Source: Acidaminococcaceae bacterium
GTDB taxonomy: Bacteria; Bacillota; Negativicutes; Acidaminococcales; Acidaminococcaceae
Direction of reading: 5' to 3'
DNA length: 32,000 nt
Assembly: GCA_034180005.1 (NCBI GenBank)
Contig: JAXFPC010000024.1
Coordinates: forward strand, 6,246-38,245
Shown: piece after piece, positions 26,485-32,000 of the stretch
Numbering within the stretch: the stretch's first letter is position 1
Layout: each line of letters opens with the position of its first letter
The notes under the pieces: generated by a model
The model's database searches: none
What the model was told of the DNA's origin: nothing
What the model saw: only the letters and a program-made list of their open reading frames with translations
Made by a program: the position numbers and the translations under genes

Positions 26485-26513
26485 ATTATATTTATTTTAA
26501 ACTGCAAAGTCAA
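26485..26513 (-). promoter_or_regulatory. Predicted sigma-A-type promoter for tolC (-35 TTGACT, 17-bp spacer, -10 TATAAT)
   Basis: Minus strand reads TTGACT (26513..26508), TTGCAGTTTAAAATAAA (17 nt), TATAAT (26490..26485). It lies about 45 nt upstream of the tolC ATG. Pattern match only. Confidence 0.6.
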
Positions 26514-26546
26514 ATATAATTTTTAAGTTCACGCATATGTCATTTT

Positions 26547-27815
26547 TCAAAAGTAAGAACGCACGCCGAAGTAGGTACCTTTACTATTACCGCGCACATC
26601 CATACTTTCTCCGTAGAGCGAAATACCGTCGCTCAATTTAACTTCGCCGCCCAATCTTACTTTCAGGTTGTCAAAATTATATGCCTGCGAATAAATCTTC
26701 AGAGAATTGCCGAAATCATAGCTTGCTCCCACACCCAGCTCTCCCTGCATCGCACCGGCCTCCAACCCCGCGCGACCGAATTTTCTCCCGGCGATAAAAT
26801 CGACCTTATTGCTGCCCCCTATATCATAACCACCCATATAAATATAGTTTTTCTCTCCGGGCTTCAACTTTACTCCCATACTTCCGCGCCAGTCTCCAGC
26901 TTTAAAACTGCGCCCCGCGTCTAAAGCAAACTCAGCCTCACTGAAAGTCCCTAAAATTTTATTTGCTTTGGCGCTTGTTTCTCTGACGTTCACCAAGGTT
27001 TCTTTAAGAGACTGGCTCGTTACCGGATCCTGCGCCACCTGCTCTAAAACCTTAACTATATTTTCCATGCGTTCGCTAGTTTGAGCCATATGCTGCGCAA
27101 TAGCGGCAACATTTCTGCCTGTGGTACCATCATTGTCCACACCTGTCATAACGCTGTCAATATGGGCTACAGTACTGTTCATATGCCTGCTTAATTCATT
27201 CATTTGCCGAATCATGCTCACCATGTCCTGCTGGCTGGCTACAGCAACCTCTGCCATTATTCCCGTGAACTTATTCATATTCACGGAAATTTCTCCAAAA
27301 TCTTTAAAGCCTGTTTTTAAAGAATTTTGAACCTCCGGATCACCGAAAATATTTTCAAAAGCTACAGCAATTTTTTCCAGCCTTCGTAAAAGTTCTCCGG
27401 AATCGGCAAAAAAGCTATCCATTCCACCTCCGGAAACACCGTTTATATGGCTACCTTCTTCAATGTATCCACTGTCGTAACTGCGGGGCGGTACAATGTT
27501 GACGAATTTTTCTCCTAAAATACCGTCCGCGCTGATAGTAAACGCTGCACCTTTAGGAATTTTTATATTCTTTTCAATATCGGCTACAACTTCCACTTTA
27601 TCCGTCGCTACCTTGATGTCTTTGACTGTACCCACCTGCACCCCGGCATAACGAACCATGTGTCCTTTCATAAGACCATCCACTTGAGGATAGTTTATGT
27701 GCAGCTTATATCCTGCCGGGCCGAAGGACAGCGCTCCCATAAAAGTTATTATTCCGGCCAATACGGCAGCTCCGCTTAATGCGAACGCACCTACTTTCAC
27801 CTCATGGTTTGCCAT
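26547..27815 (-). CDS. mlaD: MCE-domain protein MlaD with long helical region and beta-barrel-like C-terminal extension
   Basis: 422 aa. N-terminal TM VKVGAFALSGAAVLAGIITFMGAL. MCE domain (YKLHINYPQVDGLMKGHMVRYAGVQVGTVKDIKV...ISADGILGEKFVNI). About 160 aa of helix. The last ~120 aa have alternating strand patterns and end in GTYFGVRSYF. ATG with an AAGGAG RBS, overlapping the mlaF 3' end by 14 nt. Confidence 0.85.
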   Translation of the reverse strand: MANHEVKVGAFALSGAAVLAGIITFMGALSFGPAGYKLHINYPQVDGLMKGHMVRYAGVQVGTVKDIKVATDKVEVVADIEKNIKIPKGAAFTISADGILGEKFVNIVPPRSYDSGYIEEGSHINGVSGGGMDSFFADSGELLRRLEKIAVAFENIFGDPEVQNSLKTGFKDFGEISVNMNKFTGIMAEVAVASQQDMVSMIRQMNELSRHMNSTVAHIDSVMTGVDNDGTTGRNVAAIAQHMAQTSERMENIVKVLEQVAQDPVTSQSLKETLVNVRETSAKANKILGTFSEAEFALDAGRSFKAGDWRGSMGVKLKPGEKNYIYMGGYDIGGSNKVDFIAGRKFGRAGLEAGAMQGELGVGASYDFGNSLKIYSQAYNFDNLKVRLGGEVKLSDGISLYGESMDVRGNSKGTYFGVRSYF

Positions 27816-28569
27816 TTTCTATCTCCTTTTTATACTCCAGTCCCTGCAAAAAAGCTTGTACAATCGGATTCTTACTGTTTTTGAACGCTTCCGCGTCGGC
27901 AAGTTCAACTATTTTTCCCTGATACAGCATGGCTATCCTATCCGCTGCTGCAAAAGCCGATTGCATATCGTGCGTTATCAAAACGGAAGTTATCCCCAGC
28001 TGCTTCTGCATTTTTCGTATAAGTTTGGTTATGTTCATCGTCATCACGGGATCCAAACCTGCCGTAGGTTCATCATAAAAAACTATTTGCGGCTGCATTG
28101 CCAAAGCTCTTGCAAGTCCGATACGTTTCTTCATACCGCCTGACAATTCAGAAGGCAACATTTTGTAAGTATCCGGCATACCGACCATCTCTAGAAGTCG
28201 GCACACTCTGATTGCTATTTCCTCTTCAGACAATTGAAAATATCTTCTCAGTCCGAAAGCAACATTTTCGCCAACATTCAAAAAATCAAACAATGCCGAG
28301 TATTGAAAAACTACGCCCATTTTTTTGCGCAACTCATCCATTTCATCATCGCTGCAGCCATTTATTTCTCTGCCGCAGATGCAAACACTGCCGGCATCCG
28401 GTCGCAGTAAACCGGTCAAGACTTTCATGATCGTACTCTTACCGGTTCCTGAAGGACCGATGACAGCTAGTGTCTCCCCTGATTTAATATCCAAATCGAT
28501 TTTGTCCAAAACTACTTTTTCGCCGAAAGCTACTTCCAGCTGCCGTATTTGTATCAACACTTCTTCCAT
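27802..28569 (-). CDS. mlaF: ABC transporter ATP-binding protein MlaF
   Basis: Walker A GPSGTGKST, signature LSGGMKKRIGLARAL, Walker B IVFYDEPTAGLDP. I prefer the ATG at 28569 (MEEVLIQIRQLEV, AAGGAG upstream, typical MlaF length). The track start at 28602 is TTG and overlaps mlaE. Confidence 0.9.
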   Translation of the reverse strand: MEEVLIQIRQLEVAFGEKVVLDKIDLDIKSGETLAVIGPSGTGKSTIMKVLTGLLRPDAGSVCICGREINGCSDDEMDELRKKMGVVFQYSALFDFLNVGENVAFGLRRYFQLSEEEIAIRVCRLLEMVGMPDTYKMLPSELSGGMKKRIGLARALAMQPQIVFYDEPTAGLDPVMTMNITKLIRKMQKQLGITSVLITHDMQSAFAAADRIAMLYQGKIVELADAEAFKNSKNPIVQAFLQGLEYKKEIENGKP

Positions 28570-28585
28570 AATACGCGTCAGCTCC

Positions 28586-29356
28586 TTACACATACAAGAC
28601 AATCGACAGAAAATAGTTAACTATGAAAATTAAAATAATTGAAAGTACTACGGATGATGTGGTGGCCAGCCCCACACCTTCAGCTCCGTTGGGAGCATTA
28701 AGTCCCTTATAACTTCCGACTATGGCGATTATGGCTCCGAAGAAAGAGCTTTTAATCATCCCTCCGAAAATATCGTAAAATTCCATCAGTGTGCGTATGG
28801 AATTTTCATACGTAAAACTGCTGATGCCGGCATAAAAATGAGCAACGATCCATCCACCTATATTACCCAGCAGATTAGCAAAAATCACCAATATCGGCAT
28901 CATCATCACCATGGCAATAAATCTCGGTACCACAAGAAAAGCGACAGGATTGGCTGCCATAACTTTCAGAGCGTCAATCTGCTCAGTCACCTTCATCGTG
29001 CCCAACTCAGCTGCGATGGCTGCACCTATTCTTCCGGCCACAACTACACCTGTAAGTACCGGTACCAGTTCACGCGCCATAGCAATAGCTACAATACCTC
29101 CGACGGAAGCTGCAGCTCCTAATTTCACAAACTCCTTGGCTGTCTGCACTGCAAAAACCATACCGGTGCAAACAATTGTGATCAATACTATCGGCAGAGA
29201 ATTCGCTCCCAGCAAAGCCATCTGGCGAACGATCTCTCGCCAATCGGCGCGATTCAATTTCTGCAGTGTGGAAATGAATAAAAGCGTAATTTCTCCGCAG
29301 GCTTCGCAAAATCTCAATATTCTGTTTCCCAAGACACCGCAAATATCAGTCAACAT
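28586..29356 (-). CDS. mlaE: ABC transporter permease MlaE
   Basis: About 256 aa, polytopic. LGANSLPIVLITIVCTGMVFAVQTA and EQIDALKVMAANP are typical of the MlaE/YrbE family. The ATG at 29356 has an AAGGA RBS. The track start at 29371 is GTG. Confidence 0.9.
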   Translation of the reverse strand: MLTDICGVLGNRILRFCEACGEITLLFISTLQKLNRADWREIVRQMALLGANSLPIVLITIVCTGMVFAVQTAKEFVKLGAAASVGGIVAIAMARELVPVLTGVVVAGRIGAAIAAELGTMKVTEQIDALKVMAANPVAFLVVPRFIAMVMMMPILVIFANLLGNIGGWIVAHFYAGISSFTYENSIRTLMEFYDIFGGMIKSSFFGAIIAIVGSYKGLNAPNGAEGVGLATTSSVVLSIILIFIVNYFLSIVLYV

Positions 29357-29392
29357 ATAACATCCTTTCACGGGTTAAACCGTTGCAAAGAT

Positions 29393-31048
29393 TTATTTAA
29401 CAGTCAAGACTACTTCCACTTCGCCATCAACAATAAAATCAAAAGGATACTTCTTTTTATAGGGAGAACCGTGCAGCAATCCTTCCAACCCGGTATCAGG
29501 CTGCTCTTCATCAGGTCGCTTACCGCTGGATAAGTCAATAATTATCTCATTATTTTTATCGGCGTTATTAATATTTTTTACATAATCAAAAAGTGTCCTC
29601 TGCTTTTCTTTCTTCTTAGCTGCCGGAGCACCCTCTTCTTTTTGTTTGCGCAGAAGATCTATTACCCAAGCGAAGCTGCTGCCGCCTCTGACATTCAGTG
29701 CCAATTTCGGTTCGCTGTATTTCTCGGGCACGATAAAATTTATCTTTCTCTGAAAAGATTCTCCCCTATAAGGCTTCAGTTCAACGGTGAACTCGACTTT
29801 TTCCCCCGGTTTCACCACTGACTTATCCGTCTTTACACTGATTATCTCGGCGACCTGCACAGCTTCCGACAATTCCGCCTCAACATTAACACCGTACACA
29901 TCGATATCGGTAAATTTATTTTTCATCAACACGGAAGTAGCATCCGACAGCTCAACATTGATATTTTTCAATAAATTACTTACGGCATAATACATATTTT
30001 CTCTTTTAATTTCCAGCATTTTTTTATCTTGATCTCTGCCGGTAATAGTGAAAACCACTTTAGCCGTACCTCCGCCGTTTCTGTCCATAGTTTTGCTGGC
30101 AGTATTAACAACAGCCGCGTCGACTACAGCCGGAAAAAGTTCCGCGTCTTCAATAACATTGACTCTTGTACTGTTGGTAACGCCTCTGTCTTTATCGGCG
30201 ACGGAAACAAAAACCGGAACTGTCGGAGGCAATTTCCCGATGACTCCGCCTATACCACTGAAACGATCCTGATCAAAATGCCCCAAAGCGTCACCGATGG
30301 TACCGACTTTATAGCTACTCTGCAAATTAGGAACACACCCAAGAATCCAGGATTTAGTCATAAAAAATCCGCTGTTTCCGCGTTGCATGAAAGGATGACC
30401 GAACGCAAGCACTCTCCCGTTGTCATCAGTCCAGGTGACGGTACCCAAAGCGCCCAGAGTAAGATCACCTTTCATAATAGCAACACCCACAGCACTGCCT
30501 GGTTCAAGTTTAGTCTTCGAAGTAACATCTGTGCTTCCCGATCCTACAGGTTGAAAACCGAAACCGTTCAAACGCTCCTGCAAATATTCCAATCCGTACT
30601 CGGTAAATCCTCCCGCCATCAAAGGTGTACCTTGAGGAATCCAATGAGCGTCTCTTCGCGCAGGTTCATCCAACATCCGCAGCATGCTCCCTATGGGAGT
30701 AAGAAAACAATAATGCGGATCGTTAAAAGTTCTTCCGTAAGCAACAGCGCCCACCAGCCTGCCGTCGACATAAACAGGGCTGCCGCTCATACCTTGAGCT
30801 ACTCCGCCCGTTTTATCTATCAACGAACCGTACAAACGCACAAAAATATTGTATCCCGCCGCTTCACTGCCGGTAACTCCGAGGATTTCCACATCAAAAT
30901 CTTCAATGGTATCACCTGATATAACCGTCTTTCCGATACCGTGCATCCCGGGTTTTATATCTTTGATCGGCATCAAAGATATATTGGCGGCAACTGCCGT
31001 CAAATTAACGCAGAACATGATAAGTGTCAAAATTATCTTAAAAGCCAT
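29393..31048 (-). CDS. Secreted peptidase S55 (SpoIVB-like) domain protein
   Basis: 551 aa. N-terminal signal/anchor MAFKIILTLIMFCVNLTAVAA. Serine block GGVAQGMSGSPVYVDGRLVGAVAYG (GMSGSP encoded at 30776..30793). His block LGALGTVTWTDDNGRVLAFGHPF (AFGHPF encoded at 30389..30406). The C-terminal half is beta-rich, followed by a K/E-rich segment. ATG with a GGGAG RBS. Confidence 0.75.
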   Translation of the reverse strand: MAFKIILTLIMFCVNLTAVAANISLMPIKDIKPGMHGIGKTVISGDTIEDFDVEILGVTGSEAAGYNIFVRLYGSLIDKTGGVAQGMSGSPVYVDGRLVGAVAYGRTFNDPHYCFLTPIGSMLRMLDEPARRDAHWIPQGTPLMAGGFTEYGLEYLQERLNGFGFQPVGSGSTDVTSKTKLEPGSAVGVAIMKGDLTLGALGTVTWTDDNGRVLAFGHPFMQRGNSGFFMTKSWILGCVPNLQSSYKVGTIGDALGHFDQDRFSGIGGVIGKLPPTVPVFVSVADKDRGVTNSTRVNVIEDAELFPAVVDAAVVNTASKTMDRNGGGTAKVVFTITGRDQDKKMLEIKRENMYYAVSNLLKNINVELSDATSVLMKNKFTDIDVYGVNVEAELSEAVQVAEIISVKTDKSVVKPGEKVEFTVELKPYRGESFQRKINFIVPEKYSEPKLALNVRGGSSFAWVIDLLRKQKEEGAPAAKKKEKQRTLFDYVKNINNADKNNEIIIDLSSGKRPDEEQPDTGLEGLLHGSPYKKKYPFDFIVDGEVEVVLTVK

Positions 31049-31129
31049 TTTTTCTCCCGGAGCTAAAACTCTCTTCTATAACTGTCAAAAATCTCAGCAA
31101 AGCATAAAACATACACCATTTCATTATAA

Positions 31130-31158
31130 ATTATACAACTACAACATTGCTTTTACAA
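31130..31158 (-). promoter_or_regulatory. Predicted sigma-A-type promoter for the S55-mlaEFD unit (-35 TTGTAA, 17-bp spacer, -10 TATAAT)
   Basis: Minus strand reads TTGTAA (31158..31153), AAGCAATGTTGTAGTTG (17 nt), TATAAT (31135..31130). A second TATAAT follows 1 nt downstream. Pattern match only. Confidence 0.5.
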
Positions 31159-31164
31159 GGCTCA

Positions 31165-32000
31165 CTAAATCGGGAACAATCCCATGCCCATGCTGATGCG
31201 TCTTTCTCTTCCATCCGACGGTCTGTTAACAATTCTGCCTCGGATAATCATTTCGCTCGAACCGCCACCGTCAAAATTGACGGCATCCTTGACACCGAGT
31301 CGTAACATGTACATGGCAATTTCTTCGAGCGTCATGCCGGAAGAAAGTTTACTGCGTCCATCCACGACAAAAAGTATAAGCGTTCCATCTTTCTTCAATC
31401 CCACAGCAGTCCGCGGCGCTCTGCCGATTGCTATATCCGCAGCGATATTCTCTTCCAACGTTCGCACATTAATCTTTCCGTTTTCCAACAAAAGCGGACC
31501 TCCGCCGATAACTGTTTCCGCCTTATCCGCTTCCGGCGTTCCCAGCGTTTCAAATATAACAGCTGTATCACCGAGTTTCAATTTCGCCAAAGCTTGCGCA
31601 TAAATTCCGTGTCCCGATAAAACGACCGTACCCTGTTCAATTTTCATATTGCCGGCAGATGAAACGGCGACCACCTTATTGCCCTTTATTTTAACTTCAT
31701 AGCCATACGCATTTGTCTTAGTTGATTCCGCAAAATGTTCGTTGTACAAAATAAAATCGTCGGTAAGTCTGGATCTGTTCATTCCTTTAATCTGTAGGTA
31801 CTTGGCTCCCGGCAGGCGCACTTTGCCAGTATACTGCAAATCTCTTGCCAGCATACGTTTATTTTTTAAGGCTATGTAACCGCTGCGTCTCTGTTCATCC
31901 ATACTCAAAAATTTTCCATGATCTTTTGTGCTGCCGATAACCCAACCGTCCGTATCAAAATAAGATGCGTTTACAGCCACGGGCAATTCTCGACGTGCAG
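31165..32000 (-). CDS. Phosphodiester glycosidase family protein (DUF2233/NAGPA-like), 3' part (gene runs off the right window edge)
   Basis: AVNFDGGGSS near the C-terminus and GRAPRTAVGLKKDGTLILFVVDGR are typical of this family. The track start at 31986 is TTG, and the frame stays open upstream to the window end, so the true start is probably outside the window. Confidence 0.7.
   Translation of the reverse strand, partial: ARRELPVAVNASYFDTDGWVIGSTKDHGKFLSMDEQRRSGYIALKNKRMLARDLQYTGKVRLPGAKYLQIKGMNRSRLTDDFILYNEHFAESTKTNAYGYEVKIKGNKVVAVSSAGNMKIEQGTVVLSGHGIYAQALAKLKLGDTAVIFETLGTPEADKAETVIGGGPLLLENGKINVRTLEENIAADIAIGRAPRTAVGLKKDGTLILFVVDGRSKLSSGMTLEEIAMYMLRLGVKDAVNFDGGGSSEMIIRGRIVNRPSDGRERRISMGMGLFPI

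Noticed and set aside
30029-30919. Long plus-strand ORFs in the track (296 aa here; also 17477..18196, 448..1056, 3909..4565, 2974..3612, 13146..13766, 21143..21748 and others)
   Set aside because: Each is fully antisense to a minus-strand gene with strong family motifs. Their translations are low-complexity and rich in R, S, C and H, with no motifs. They are typical shadow ORFs.
1-32000. Search for CRISPR arrays, IS or transposase genes, integrases, tRNA/rRNA genes and long direct repeats
   Set aside because: Reading both strands showed no repeat-spacer periodicity, no transposase or integrase-like ORFs and no tRNA-like cloverleaf candidates in the intergenic gaps. The window looks like conserved core genome rather than an accessory island.

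Overview
All credible genes in this 32-kb window lie on the minus strand: 27 CDS, two of them cut by the window edges. Together they form an outer-membrane (OM) biogenesis supercluster of the kind described for diderm Firmicutes (Negativicutes-type). I cannot assign a genus from the sequence. In transcription order (right to left), with | marking a predicted unit boundary: phosphodiester glycosidase (partial) | SpoIVB-like S55 protease, mlaE, mlaF, mlaD (with long C-terminal extension) | tolC | tamB, sigma-70-family factor | single-pass membrane protein, bamA, unknown secreted protein | three ompH/skp paralogs, lpxD, lpxL-like acyltransferase, lpxC, fabZ | lpxA, lpxI | lpxB, msbA, waaA::lpxK fusion, kdsB, kdsA, kdsD, kdsC, second lpxL-like acyltransferase (partial, absent from the ORF track). 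This covers nearly the whole Raetz lipid A pathway, with LpxI instead of LpxH, plus the complete CMP-Kdo pathway. Five near-consensus sigma-A-type promoters, each with a 17-bp spacer, and three hairpin terminators can be read in the larger intergenic gaps and suggest the operon structure. I saw no tRNA, rRNA, CRISPR array or mobile element. The plus-strand ORFs in the track all look like antisense artefacts. The most interesting items are: (1) a sigma factor and a candidate membrane partner between tamB and bamA; (2) an unrecognised secreted protein co-located with bamA; (3) an S55 protease whose catalytic motifs appear in permuted order, at the head of the mla unit; (4) MlaD with a beta-barrel-like tail; (5) the WaaA-LpxK fusion; (6) a double-length lipoprotein Skp. 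All family calls rest on motifs I recognise by eye and from memory. No searches were run.
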